DNA of 64,000 nt from Marsupella aquatica (taxonomy: Eukaryota > Plantae > Marchantiophyta): contig OZ316898.1 in the NCBI GenBank assembly GCA_973895155.1, positions 19,355,292 to 19,419,291 of the forward strand, in the 5' to 3' direction. The notes beneath the pieces are model-generated. The model saw nothing but the letters and a program-made list of their open reading frames with translations. It did not search any database and was not told the origin of the DNA. Positions 16,521 through 31,209 of this stretch are shown one piece after another (positions within the stretch are counted from its first letter, which is position 1; each line of letters opens with the position of its first letter). A program made the position numbers and the translations under genes.

Positions 16521-18728
16521 CCGCCATCCCTTCCGTTCACAGTGTAATCCAGCAATCTCCTAGAAGTTGATGAGACATCTCTCCTCCCACATAAAATTGC
16601 TGCCGAAGCCGAGTTCACCTGATCCGGGGCTTGGCACGTCCGAATTCCAATTCGAAATCCTCGAGAATTGGCCATCCTTAGTCCATACGACGTGAAAGAG
16701 AAGAGAGGTGACTGCAGTAGCAGACTGGTGGACTGATGTCAACTGAAGAGCGCAATATTGTTTCATAGTAACAGCATTCGATTTCGAGCTTCGGATCGAT
16801 TCTTCGATGTTTTCTACTGTTCCCAGTTTCGCGAGTCGAAGAAGGAAATACGTTACAGTCGCGTCTTGTGTAAGCTTACACCTTGCATTTACATGTGGTT
16901 TGCAATATTTGATAAGTGCACTTTCCCTGGATGTGCATTATTTTATTTCATTCTATTGCATTATTTCGTTGCAGTTTTCCTAGAAAGGAATCTCGTACAT
17001 TTATGAAAAGTAAAACCAGTGAAAAGAGGGAGTAAACCTACCAAAAAGTCACCCAGATACCAAACACTTTAAGTCCAGAGGACAAGGGTACAAAGGATTT
17101 GCATTTTTTATAAGTGTACGAGCCCCATGCCCTGCATTGCAAGGTGCAAAGAGGGCCAGCCCATAGGGAGGCAGGCCGGAGCATTTATGGGGCAGTGGGA
17201 AGCACATATGGGCCACGGATGCACATTTCCTACATCAATGGTTAGGGAAAATAGTCAATCAAATGTGGATCTTTCTACGCCTAGGAACTTTTTTGTATTG
17301 GGATGAAGAACGGAAAAATATGGGATCCCTTATTATAGTTGTAGATTTTCCCTGGATTTGCATTTATCAATAAGGGTCATGCAGATTTTCCCAGAACAAA
17401 AGCTTTTCCTACCACTTGTGACCCAAAACCAACAACTGGTACTTTTAGCTAGGGACCTTTTTTTTGGCGCTAAGGTTTTGAGAGTCCCTAATGTCTCAAG
17501 AGTGTCCACAGACATTTCATTGTGTCTTTGTCTTCTGTCGCACTAGATAAGCTGCCACTTGTGTTACAATTTTATGGCACTTTCTTGCAGCAGAGGGAGG
17601 TGTAAATACTAGAGCATGATATAACCCAATGATATTAGTCAATCCTATGCATTAACTAGACTGCAGTTATGAAAATAAAGCTCGGCTTAAGTATTAGACC
17701 AATTACGTCCGGGGAACACATGGGCAGAATTATCCCTTCCCCCCTCTACATCTTTCTCCTGAACTCTGTTTACTATCTCATAATTTACTCTACATGAAAA
17801 TTGTATAGATGTTAACCTCCCATGGGCAGGCACACCAAGGGCTCCTTGCAGATTAATATTTTAAAATTTCTTAGCCAGTGTGGCTAGTGTCAGGTTTGGT
17901 GTGAAAGAAAATGCTAGGAATCTTCCATATCTAGTTTTCCAAGATTGGTTTTTGATCACTATTCCCCCTAGATTTAAGAATGACGAGTATATTCTTGCTA
18001 ACAAGGTATGTGAATAGGAGTGAAACTTGATAATGGATGACAAAATATCTAGCAATTTGTGTCAAAAGTGGAAAGTATTTTAGAGAGACAAAATCTAGTG
18101 AATTTTTCATCACCAAAAAACACTTTGCCTAGACTTCCTATGTAAAAGTCTTCATTCACAAGCATATTCTAATTAATCCGTGGACCCCCATGTTCATCCA
18201 AGGAACGTGTGTGATGGAGTGAAATCAATTTTGAGCAAGGCGAAAATGGATGGTTTAGAGTCTCTTGATGGTCTTGGTGTGTGCTCGTACAAAAGAAAAT
18301 GCACAAAAGATAGAGGAGATCGATCTGGTTGAGATGATCACTCTAGTTTATCAAACGGACGGTTAAATGTGGAGAAAATTGAATTTTTTTTACGTTTTTT
18401 GTTTACACATTAGAGAAATCGTGTTTCTATCATTCCTGATTGATCGTTTGTGAGTTACGTTGAGCATTACCGCCACAAGATAGATTGGAGGACAACACTC
18501 AACTGTTAGCAAAAGAGCACTTGTCGATTCGGTGGGAAGAACGCACAAAATGGACAAGCCATCATTTCACATGAAGGTTTTGTAGTTTTTTAATTTAAGA
18601 AAGCTATGGTGTGGGGGGAGACCAACAATTTTTTCTTCGACATAGAGGCTGCATTTGGCGTCAACTTGTGCTCAGAGTGACCAACATTGAGTTCAACATT
18701 GACAAATGTCATGTTAGATTTTGTCACA

Positions 18729-19040
18729 GTACTAAAGAGATTATGAGACATTCAATCTCTCTAGCTTTCTAATGTGTGACATTGGGAATATTCGTCAAGA
18801 ATTAGAGAGATTATGAGTATCCAAATTTATCTAGCTTTCCAATGAACCCAACATTGATAGATTTTATATGAAAGTACTAAGGAGATGATGAGTTTCTAAT
18901 TTTCATGTAGCTTTCCAATGAGTGTGACATTGAGAGTTTTTATCAAAAGAGTACTAAAGAGGTCATAAGTATCTAAATCTTGATCTTAAGTTTTTTCAAT
19001 GAATCAAACATTGACAGATATCATCAAGTACTAGGGAGAT
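18729..19040. repeat. Degenerate ~72-bp tandem repeat, 4-5 copies
   Basis: The unit AGTACTAAAGAGATTATGAG..TCTAGCTTTCCAATG..ACATTGA recurs. Confidence 0.75.
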
Positions 19041-22000
19041 TTATTATTTACTCAGTTTTACAATGTGGAGCATTTTGATATAATATCATTAACAAACATC
19101 ATAATGGTAACTTTATTTTTACTAAATGACATCTCTTCATTTGTTGTCTGATTTTTTTTATGCTTCATATTTATGGCATGGCGACCAAAAAATTATGTTA
19201 CTTTTACCACAAACATGAATGTGTTTTTGTTATTGTCAAAAATAAGATCTATCGTGTTTGTGATCGGTTGTGCCGATGTGACACAACTTCGTGGCAGGGA
19301 ATTTGACCTCTCATGGGAGTCTCTAAATAAAAAATTAGTGCGTGGACCCCTTGGCTAATAAAATCAGGGGGAAGAGTCGATCTGAGCCGTCTCCATTTCT
19401 TATCTTCGGAAATCTCGTCCGTCCATCATAATGGCCAATCTATGGCTCAAAAGAAAGATCTCAAATAGATCTATGGACGGGTTCTGTCCGTTTTGCAAAT
19501 GGGTTAATATTTTTCAAATGAAAAATTAAACAAATCCAAGCCTTCCTAGCCGTCGATTTTGTTGATTTTACGATCTTTGCCGTCCATTTTGTAATGCCTC
19601 TAGAAATCTTATTCATCCATGTTAGAAGGCGATCTAGGATGCAAAAGAAAGATCTCAATGAGATCTACGACTGGGTATTTTTTGTTTTGAGAATGAGTAA
19701 ATAGTTTTGAATATAAAATTTGATGAACTTTCAAGATTAGAGCCATTCCTCCTCCCCGATCTTGGGTTTCTATGTGCTCTTCCCAAAATTAATGGCCGTA
19801 CAATATGAGACGTCCTTACATACTGGGAGTTGCGGTTTAACAAGGAAGTTATCAAGTTAATTATTAGTCATTATTTATTATATAAAAAATACTTTTTATA
19901 AATATTTGAATGTTTAAAATTGGAAATGTAACTAAAACGGCAATTTTAACCGTCTTGCTCTTTGTATTTTCAATGTTTTTATTTTTCTTTTTATGGCATG
20001 GCATCCCAAAATTTACACCCAAATTGACACAAACACGAATGAAAATTATAAATTTGATTCATAAAATAGACGGGTTTTGATTATTGCGGTTGTTGTTAAC
20101 ATGACATGCTGTGATGCTAGGAATTTTAGAAGGGAACTCTAGTGGGATTCGTAATAATAATATCAAAAAATCTTATTACAAAAGAAATTACGGCCAATGG
20201 TAGCTTGGGTCCTGAATTGTAGGTACGATTTATACCTTTATAGATGGTTTGGCATTTATACGTTAGATGTTTGGTGAAGAACTCGTTGCACTTGTCCTTG
20301 TCAAAGTGCAAAATGGCCAGAAAAGGGAGCAATAAGAGTTAACCTTGCAATAAAGCAGAGATTGCACTTATGGAGTCTGGGCTTAGGCAATAGCTGCTGT
20401 ACACGGGTGAGGAAATTCGGTATGCGTGCCGTTCTCCGATTAGGCGATTACAGTACTGTAGACTTCAATCAAAGTAATATATTAAATTAAATTGCCCACA
20501 TTAGGGCTCCCTACGTCATCCAAATCGTCACCCAAGCCAACTTTATCTGTACAGCCCACCTTTCAATAATCCCTTGAATGCCTCGCATAAGTCCCGTAAA
20601 TATTTCCTAAATCTGGAGTACCTCCCTTAAATCCCCATTCCCTCTGTTCTTCTACTTGGAATGGAAGCATCACGGCTGACGTTAGAAGCGACACTAACCG
20701 TTAAGTTAGTGGGGGGACTCCAGATTCGGCGGTCAACACGTCGCTCCTTCATTCATGATGGTTCGGTGCCGCCAACTACGGTATTAAATCTCTGCTAAAC
20801 GTGAGGGAATGTATGCATATGATGAACCACCAGCAACCCAACCTCCAAATCTGGGGAACCTCCACTCTTCTCGATATTTGCAAACGCCTATTGAGTTCGG
20901 CATGCACTCCCTAGATAGGGGCACTTCACATTTCACAACAACGATGGGATCAATACTAGTAGTAGTATTTTCCCGCCAAATTGAGGGGATGATTTTCAGC
21001 CTAGATTTGCACCTTACACGAATTATGGGAGGGTACTTTTCACGCCAAATTTAGTGGGTCATTTTCAGCCCAGATTTTTGCACTTCAGAAAAATGATGGG
21101 ACGGACAGTAGTGTTTTTCCTTGCCACATTGAAGGGGTCTATTTCCCTACATCCTAAAATTTAGGCTTGGAAGAGTGAGACAAACAAAGGGGTCTGTGTG
21201 GCGAATGCAACAATGCGTTTCAACAAAATCAGGCCGACAAAATTTAGACCAAGCCAGGTGGTCTAAGTTGGGCTTTAGAGGAACTCCGGGGCAGCAGTTC
21301 CTTTTTTTTTCTATGTGTGAGATTCAATATTAGTCATTCAACCATGAGAACAATTACACTTCACTTTAAATGAACTTGGGGCACAATCAAGGAAAACCCA
21401 TTAGTGAACCTAGTCATTGTCAATGGGTCCCTTGGGGATCCCTTTTTGGCTGATGTGTACATGTTTTTGGGTAAAAAACTTTGACCTCTTGAGGTTGTCC
21501 AAAGGTATGGAGCAAGTTGTTGTTTCTATTCAGAACATTGCATGCATTATCTCCAGACCTGACACTTCTGGATCAGGCATTTTTGTTAATGTATGGAACT
21601 CACCATTAGCTTTTGCTTTGAATAGAGAGACACTGAACGGCCTCCACTTCTTGTATCGCCCTCAACAAATTACAGGTTACAATCAGCCTTCACTCATCAG
21701 GACCCATCAAAAATCCTGTTGGCTTGGGCAAACCAAAGCTAAAACAGCTGTCAAAAAATATTGTAAAATCAAGAACAATTGGCTACCCTAATCTAATGGC
21801 TGGGATGAAATCTGAATCTAGAAGATTAAAATATGTTGGTCCAATTGTTCATGAAAGAGCGTCTCCACCAGTTTACTATGTTTGTTTCTTGTAACTATGT
21901 CAATCTAATCTGGTAATATCAAGCTGACAAGGGATACTAGAATGCTATTTGCATATTCTTTGAGAGACACTTTAGCATATTATTGACTACTTATTATAGT

Positions 22001-24549
22001 GTTCACTGTAATTAGTGTGATTAACACTAATTCAAAAGCGTCCATTTTTAGGGTCTACTTGCAAACTACTGTTAATCACACTAATTTTGTGGTAACATTA
22101 TTTTTGCCCACATGAATGGTGTTACTGTGGTTATAAGAGTGGAAAATAGAGTAAAAAAAGTATTTTAAAAATACACAAAAATTAGTGTTCATTTGGATTC
22201 AAGATTATTTTTGTTACAAGCCATTTGAACTAAAGTGAAAAAAATTTGTTTTAAAAACAAACAAAATTTAGTGTTATTTAAACTCGTAAAGACTTTCATG
22301 ACTTTTCTCTTTGTATATTTGAGTGCATTAATTCTCCATAATGAACCTTTTTTTGTGAGGAGGGGATTATACAAAACACCATAAATATAATAAAAGTAAA
22401 AATTAAATATAGTTTAACCATACACAAAAAACAATTAAATTTAGTCAAGATCTCAAGATGATAACCAAATCTTATATGGTGATACGAACAAAATATTTAT
22501 GAATAAAATCTAATATAATTCAAGAACATATATTTTTGGTCAATTCCATAGCAACCATTTTTTGGATGACCTTTTAATTTGAATTTTTTATTTCAGGGAT
22601 TCATTTTTTCTGTTACTGAAAAGTCACTCAAGTTTTTACATACATTAAAACTCGAGTTACTCTCAAAACTCGGGTTACTCTTCTCATTGTTCAGGGCATT
22701 ATATCTCACAATGTACTCTAACCAGTACATTATCCTATTCAAAATTATTTTTACTAAAATTACTAACGCTAATTTTTGTATAACATTAATTATGGTGAAC
22801 AATCTAGATTCGTCACCGATTATCCAGGATAGACCTAAATTGCACATTTGGGAAGATAATAATTGTTCCAATAACCAATGAGCTTGCCTTTTACTGAACC
22901 CCATTAACTAAATTAGCCTACGTCAATACTGCTTTTAATGTGATGGCATAGGGCGAGAAAAACCCACTACCCGATGGAGATGCTCTGAAGTACTCCTTTT
23001 TAGAGGGCGTGTAACTTGGAGGAGCGCTCCTAAGTGTAGCGGGTCAGACACGTCACTTGCTGACTGGGGTCCACTTCAAACTAGAGTAATACTAGACTAC
23101 TAGTAGTACTTTCGCTACTTTGGCAGGGTGTAACAATCTGGCGCCAGGAGTACCGTCTTCTACTTTGCTCATTATTGCTCCAAGTCCTGGCTTGCTAAGT
23201 CTAGCTGTAGGATGACCGAGGATCACCGACAAGGCAAGCTGGCGGCGCAAGAACTGAGACCTGGACTGAGACTTACTACTGTACAACAAGCAAATTGACC
23301 CCATACTATTTCTAGCTGTGCGTCACTGCTTGATACCTTCATCAATCATCATATTCAGAGGGATCTTGAAACTTGTGACAACGTCCAATCCAAATCTGGC
23401 GGCGTTGGGACCTGGGAGACCCAACTTCGCAGCTGAAGCATTAATCTTAATTAAATTGGAAAGCAAATTTGCTCCTGAAGTTTCTGCTGTTTCTTTGATT
23501 CAGGGAGCTCTTAAATGTGAAAAGTTTCTTTGATTCAGGGAGCTCTTAAATGTGAAAAGCCCAAAGAAACATGACTTTGTGGTAGTTGGCTTGAGTAAAG
23601 TGGGTTCAACTATTGGTTACCTGACTCTTCCCTTTTTGTGAGGTTTCACACATTTTCCTTTTAAAAAAATGTGGAAAAAAAACTTTATTTGTAGTGCCAA
23701 TGCTCCTCATCTGGGTATACCAGGAGCCTCCTTCCTTGACTGTTTTCGCTCTCCAGCAAAAGGGCACTGCAGTACATGCAAATCCTATAGCGTTCCAGAA
23801 AGAAACCAAAAACAAATCCAAAGTCAGTGTCATTGACTATCGCTTGCATTGGTGCACCTTTGTATTACCACGGGGAATCCATAGAATTTCGAGCCACTGG
23901 ATCCCATCAGAGCTCTAACCATAGAGATGCAATAACTGACAATTATGGCCAATAGGCCTCTTAGTTATTTTCTGTAATATTTACTTTGGGGCTTGCTAGG
24001 GAACGTCCTTGTAGTATGCTGGATGGATAAATTCAACATGTCATGGATTTCCTGTAGGTCAAACACGTCAATGCTACTTTCACCGTGAACTGGAAGGTTG
24101 TCATCGATCCCAGCCTGAAACATGGGTGCTGAACAATATAGTCTTCCAACTGTCAGTTGGATGTAAGAAAAAAGCTTACAGATGCATTTCAGTCCTCTAG
24201 AAAACGGTGGAAGAACTGTAGATACTCAAGAAAGGCATTTTCTTTTTTTCCTTCGAATTATAGGACCAGGATTTCGCCCCTAGATAGGAAACCAGTTGAA
24301 AGATTCAAGTTGATGGTGCACTCTTTTCAACTTTATGAGTGAAGCAGCCCTGTGAGGTGTCAGGCTACCTGAATTCTTTCAATCTCCTGAGTGTAGCAAC
24401 AGGCATTCCTACTCTACTTTGTGTTGGATGAGTGTAACGAGCGGAGATTATAGCCAAGGTCACTGCTACTCTATTCGTGGGTGCGGTGAATATAAACAGA
24501 GTCTTGAACACAATATGTTGCTGATAAGGTCCCAGCCCCTGAATTTAGT

Positions 24550-25300
24550 GGTTGCAATCCACTAAGAACTTATTCTGCTACAACCAGAACTTTCCTGCCG
24601 TTTGTCGTGTACAATTACATTCACCACCGTCCACTTTATAGTACCATCGACATGGAATAGATTCTGATATTAATAGTTGTGCTGAATGGTCAGAGAACAT
24701 TCTGACCATTCAGAGCTAGCCCCATTTGCTTCTAAAGGAAATTGACCAGGATAAATTGAACATTAGATTGAATCACATTTCATCAGTGCCATGATCCAGT
24801 CAGCGCGCTGCTTCAAGAGCCACATGTGGTGGGTGATCGAAGTGAGTCTCTAAAAGTGTCTTTCCAGTGTAGAGTCAGTCCTAATGTTGCCCGGTAATGT
24901 TGTGAGAAATCCTAGGGGTCTGCAGCAGTTCCATTTTATCTTGCTATCATTGACAAAAACCTTGACCTTTTCAGCCGTTGCAATCTGGGGAACAAGGCAA
25001 GTTTCTTTAATGGTCAGTGGTGGAGCAATGAAGGATCCTTTCAAGGAGTGTGACACAATTGCACATCTCACGTTTTGGGATGATTGTGTGAGTTCTTGCT
25101 TGAGCAATCAAACTGCTTTAGTTGGTTGATTCTTAGAGTTTTGTTCCAATCATGCAAGCCACGCCACATGACCTCCAAGAATCTGCACTTTGGAGATGGG
25201 TTGCCAAATGATCCAATACTTCTCATTACTTTGGGTAATAAGCATGATTCTCTTGTAAGGGAGTCTCAGGGGTTCAGGCTACTTGTAACTGTAGGCACAG
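24550..25300 (-). pseudogene. Mutator/MULE-like transposase relic with SWIM zinc finger
   Basis: The minus strand, read through stops and frameshifts, gives ..NIRTDSTLERHF*RL..KQRADWIMAL (resembles the MULE catalytic-Glu motif T-x3-E followed by R-x-D). Further downstream it gives ISESIPCRWYYKVDGGECNC..LVDCNH (SWIM CxCx(n)CxH). Confidence 0.5.
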
Positions 25301-27096
25301 CATAAGATCCAAAACAGGTATTGAGAGGTCAAGAACATGCTAGCCCCAAAAGTCATTGCTGAAGGCACATTTGAAATTCAAGAAATCCTTACTTATTTCA
25401 AATTCACCTTCCATCACAACTCCCTACCTAAGTGACACACTGGTTGCCTTTAGATGCATGATTGGTGGATCTAACAGGGAGTCTCAATCTTCTCCTTTCT
25501 GCCTCTGGTAGCGGTCAGCGACTTCCTGAGAACAAAGTGGTGGACACGAAACCGCCATGAATCTGGATTCCTGAGAAAAAAAATGGTAGATTCGTGTTCT
25601 GATTCCTGTGGTGCAAACTTCCAGAATTGAGACCCCCTAATGCAACCCCTGGTGTAAACCTTGCTCGAGCAACCAGGATATCTCTTGTAATGAACTTGCC
25701 TGTCCTTCTTACGCTGCTACTTTTTAACTAGCCAAATCTTCTCCCATATCTGGTTGTCTACTCGCCACTTTGTCCTTACAAATCCTTGCCAGAAAGAGAT
25801 TGTGGGTAGTTGGGATCAAGATCGCCATCCTTAGGGGGATGGTTCTATGAGGTCACCACTCCGCCTTTGGGAAGGGAGTGGGTTCTCTCCACATCGGCTA
25901 CTTGCCTACAACCTTACACTGCCACTGGCCATCAACAACGGAAAAATATGAAAAATTTCACCTTTTTTTCCACATTCCTCTCACTCCTTTTCATTACTTT
26001 TCACTATTTCAGGGGAAAGTTATTATCTAAGGTGAAACTCGTAGATCCAATGGTCACTCTTGGGACATGCCAGTCTATAATGTAAGGTACTGTAACGTAC
26101 CACTTTACCAATGTCCATGGCGACCCTTGCCAACAGACAGCACTCAATACACTTTCAATACGATCCCGACCGAGCATACAAGTCATTACAAAGAGTAGTA
26201 AATAGTCATAGAAAAGCGACATTGTCGGAGTTTCCTTGTCTTGAAGACTTGAACCCAAACAAATCATGTGAAACCTTCACCTGAAAGTCATGAATATGTG
26301 TATGATTATTGGACATTAAATTTTGGACGAGTATATATGATTTAGACGCGTGTATATTATGTATGCTGTAGGAAATATGCCTACTGTCGGGCGATTGTCA
26401 TGTATCATGCTTCATGATTGATCCAGTGACTCGGGAATAATCAGAGGGATACAAGCAACAATAAATCACGCAGCTGCTCCAAACAAAATAATGCCATAGT
26501 TACGGTGTACAGTGATACTGTAATATCTCGGCTCCAGAGAATGTTTCTATGTAAATTCTCACTTTTTCTCGTTCATTGTCTCATCAAGTCCGACGGATCA
26601 GCTTGCGTTGTTGGGACTGTAAGACTGATTCAAAAATGGGGTGTAAGAGTAATAATTCTAGCCATGTTCAGTATTAAAGGAGGACTGCCGTCTACTCCGA
26701 TTTTATGGTTGTGGGAGTTCAAAGGTTCCTTTGCCCATTTGGGCATGTTGGGGCATGACTGGAGTGAGCTGATGATACTCTGTGTTCAGGGTGGGAGCTT
26801 TGAAAGATTATTGTGGATGATGCTCTGTTTCTCGTGCTGTGTTTATGTTCATGGCAGCTTTATGTTAAGGTAGTTCCAATTACGAGATTCCATTTTATGG
26901 ACAAATTTGAGCATTGAATGTACGCGTAGGGTTATTAGAGCTCGTTGTTAGACTCTTACACTACTTATAGTCTTAAATGGTTAAGAGAGAGCAACTAGTG
27001 ATTCTGACCTATAGAGTATCATAATGATGTGATGTGACATACAGCTTAGTTCATAAAACTGCTAGGATGACTTACATGAGTCAGTGTGTTTCACAT

Positions 27097-27305
27097 GAGA
27101 GTCAAAAGATTCACCTGATTTAACGTAACTTGGTAATTTAATCCAAGTGGAGAACAATAAATCAAGAACTCTATTCCTGCAACTTTGTAGCACCGGTGGC
27201 AAGAGAGTAAAAGATTCACCTGATTTAACGTAACTGGGTGATTAAATCCAAGTGGAGAACAATGAATCAAGAACTCTATTCCTGCAACTTTGTGCACCGG
27301 TGGCC
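27097..27305. repeat. ~105-bp tandem duplication
   Basis: GAGAGT(C)AAAAGATTCACCTGATTTAACGTAACT..CAAGAACTCTATTCCTGCAACTTTGT(A)GCACCGGTGGC x2. Confidence 0.9.
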
Positions 27306-30300
27306 CTGGGTATGGCATGATGTGTTTCAGGGTTCAAGGCTGTCAAGTTGTCCAGCCACCAAGGAGACCCATTGGCAACCAATGTTAGAGAACACCAGGT
27401 AAAGTAACTGAACCAGGTTGTATATTGTTTACAGGTCACTTTTAAGTCAAAAGTGTTAAACATGCTATCCTAGTCAAATTTGACATTCTGAGAAAGTCTA
27501 TCCATGCTTTGTCCGTCCAGCTGAAACGTGCCATTCCATTTGGGCTTCAGTTTCCCAAGCCAAAACTCAACTAAAATTTCAAAAAAACAAAAATAATATG
27601 TCAAGACTCAGAATCTGATAATTGGAGTACGGTAGAGACTATCAGATTTGTGCATGGCCTGCACTAAACTTTAATGATTATAGCTTTCAAAAAATAGCAC
27701 AATGGCCTAAATAATTCTCTAGAATTCATTTTTTGTTTGAAAATAAATAGATTCGAATGACTAAAATTTGGACTGAATTTGTACTTCCAAGTTTCACAAA
27801 CGCTACGTCAACTTTTGTGTAGGGACTCAAAGTTTCAAGCATTATTTATTTTTTACGTGAACTTGATCATCACTATGGTAGACCCTGATTTTCAACAACT
27901 ATATCTTAATTGTAACCTGACTGCCACTACGTCAAACCTTGCAGTGCACGGACATTCAATTAAAGAAACAATGATATGGCAGGGACGATGTGGCAGGCAC
28001 GTATATGTGCACGAGCCACGTCTATGACCAAATTTCAGTGGTGATACGTATTTTATGTCTACGTCCTAAGTGAGAATTTTCATGCGGGTACCCTCAGTAG
28101 TAATTATTGGTATGGTATTTGGAGATAGAGACGTACTGTTGTATAAGGCTCTTGAACGTGGAATGAACAGAGTTTTTCACCAGAAGTACATTAATGACGA
28201 CAATAGGGCAATTGGTTGGTAAGGAGGATTTAAGAGTGAAGGTCATATGGGGAGAGGTCCAGCCGGTCTTTTAGTCTGTCACTGGTCTCGTCCACAATTC
28301 ATTTGCACTCAAATTCCAACGCACCTTCGATTGGCACGTATGACTGACTAAAACTGATATGATCTGAGACGATACTCCCTCCCGCCCAAATGACCACACC
28401 AAAATGAAGCAGAGTCACACAAAGCCAAGCAATGATCGATGATTTATTAGCGGATGTTCATCCAGTCTCAACTTTAATGCTGTGGTCAGTTAGTTAGCCC
28501 ACGAAGCAAACTCACTACTGTATAAGCTGTAGGCCTGCAGGTAACACGATCAACACATAGCCATCAAGTTTACAGCGTGAAATTATTTTTCCAGGATCTG
28601 CAGGACAATTGTTTCAGGACCAGCTTACACTAGGGTGTAAATGTAGACTTCAGTTCAGTTCGATACTAGAGTATTGTAGTGCAATGTCAAAATTATGTCA
28701 AGTTTGTCGGTGACGTGAAACCAAGCAATAAGAGGTGTTCCCAAAACGTATGAAAGCTATAGGGAAACGAACAATCCAATCCTTTCGTCTCTTAAGTAGC
28801 CTGGAGATTTCTTTGGCTCTTTCATCTCAGTAATAAAAGCACCAACTGAAGTCTACTCTTCAAGCACCACTGTCCCCAAAGCAAAACTTGGTGAATTCAG
28901 GTCACTAAAATAAATCAAAAATGGGCTCAAAATAGTAAAAAAGGTGTTCTCTTTTGTTCTCCCCGGACCTGGTGGACAATGGTGGTTTAAGGGCCCGGGT
29001 CTAGAGTAAAGACTCTAGACTATAACCCAATATTGACAAAACTGATAATGAGATTCAATAAGATCAAAATTCTAAGTAAGGATGGACAAAAAGTGACATT
29101 GACTCTAAATAAAGACAAAATTGAAATGAAGCACGACCAAATACAAGGATGGGAAAAAGAAAAAAGAAAAAAAAGGATGGGGCAAAGACTAACCCAACCA
29201 GCATATAAATTCTATTGTGAAATATTTTTCTTTTCTATTTACATTCAAGGAAGGGGTCATCGGGCTGGTCTTATCGGGCTAGTCTACTCTCACAACCGAA
29301 AAATTACTGGAGAAAACGTCATTGCTTTCAAACGAGACACACGAGAAATCTGAAGGTCATAGTGCAACAATATGATTCGAGATGCCAAGATTAGGCTAAT
29401 GCTCTCGTGTTACAGATGAATCCAGTATTCCAGCAATAGTTCGTTAATTCTCTTGTGACATGGATGCGCTGACAGCGTGTCACGGTGTAGGAATGTTCCA
29501 GTGATTGCTCACGTGTAAGACAGCCTGCTTGGTTTCTCCAGACGATCATTTGGGAGGAGTTACTGTATGTGTCACGTGTTACGCAGTTGGTGCTTTAGTT
29601 GGGGTTTGACTCCCTACATATTTGACTTCCCTTACTGTCAGCATACGATGTACACTTACTTTGTATTAAATCTGATGTATACGTACTTTGAACTTTTCTC
29701 CAAACTAGTTTTTACTTCTGTGTATCTTTTTTTTCTTTGGACCATTTTTTCTTTCCTTTCCTTGTACTTTGTTTTATTCCTGGTTTATAAACTTTGGTTA
29801 GCAGGATTTTCTTTTACTAAGCTACTCAAAGTAATCTAACTTTGGTTAGCAGGATTTTCTTTTACTAAGCTACTCAAACTAATCTAATTAGTAGCTGCCC
29901 CTATGGAATTATCTTAGCAGCATATTCCAGCTATTTTTTTTGTTTATGGCTGCCCGATTCCTTGCAAGGGGGCAACAAAGTAATAATACTATTTAAGGCA
30001 AGTTAGTAATTCTGTTCTATTTTGAGGTGACAAAGTAAATAATAGTTTCTCCAAATCTCTCTCCTATTTCCTTTGAAGTATATTTATGTTTCTCATAAAT
30101 ACACTATCCACAGCTGTGAAACAAAAACATTTTCTTTTTATGCTTTGCCGCAGCCCAGCTTTTGAAATCCACTGGGGCTTGAGAGCAATCCCTTCGGTCC
30201 ATCTAGGCTTTACATAACCTATTCTAACATTACTCCTGTTTAGAAAATAGAATTCTAATGTTGGTTGACAAATTCTTCACTTTTGATGAAAGTTGAACTG

Positions 30301-31209
30301 AAGTTAACCAAATGTAATATTCTGTTTATACACCCATCTAAAATTGTCCTGTTGAAGGTTGATAAGGTCAATACAGTAATTGGTGTTTTAAAGTTAAATG
30401 CAGTGATGCATATACTAGGGCTACGCTCTTTTTTCAAACTTAAAATGGTGGAAAATTCTTGCACAGGTATTACACTCTCATCCGCACTCTATGCTGGGGT
30501 TGTTTGAATAGCACTATAATACACTGATAAATCTAGCACCTACAATAGGTGCCTAGCAAAATCCCTGAGGTCGTGTAGAGACTAGCTTAAGTACTGGACC
30601 CTTCAGGAAAGAGAGTGGCTCAACCCAAAATACAAGGTACCGAACTCACTTTTAATCTGTCGTCAATGAAAGGTTCTTGGGGCCTAGAAGTTTTGAAGCC
30701 AAGGAAGAGGACCACGTTGCATGAAACCAATAATGTAATCCCCTCAAGGTGTAATTCAGTGTCTTGCTGTCCTATTGTTTGGCTTCCGTGTCCACTTTTT
30801 AACTTATGATAGTAGGAGCTTTATTCCATGCACAACTTGGACGTCCCCCCAAAAGAATTGAAGTTGGAAATGCTCGTCAAGCAACTGAAAGCATTAGGGG
30901 GAACCTGGGTTCCTACTAGAACCTGAAGCCCACCACAAACTCTAAGAGGGTAGACAGAAAAAAGGGTGGGGAAGGCACTGTTTTGGAGCCTTCGTCAGCC
31001 AAAAAATCCATACCGCGGGCTGCAACAACCCGTTTCCTGGCATTATCTCAGGATTGTGACATGGTTTTACGGGAGTATAGAGAATTGGTTTAAGTATCAA
31101 GTCATCTCATTAAGCTTCAGGCCTGTCTTGCTGGTCGAAACTCACAACGTTGATGGCAACCTTTCCGATGTGGGCAATAAAAAATAATTAAATAACCCTT
31201 CTAGCTGGA

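Noticed and set aside
23667-25976. 14-bp inverted match AATGTGGAAAAAAA flanking the MULE relic as candidate TIRs
   Set aside because: Low complexity and does not extend on either side.
28999-29020. Hairpin GTCTAGAGT-aaag-ACTCTAGAC as a Helitron 3' terminus
   Set aside because: No CTRR terminus at the expected distance and no identifiable 5' TC end.
29900-30560. Minus-strand coding-like relic with C-x2-C (ECNTCARIFH)
   Set aside because: Multiple stops and no family motif I can recognise; needs a translated search.
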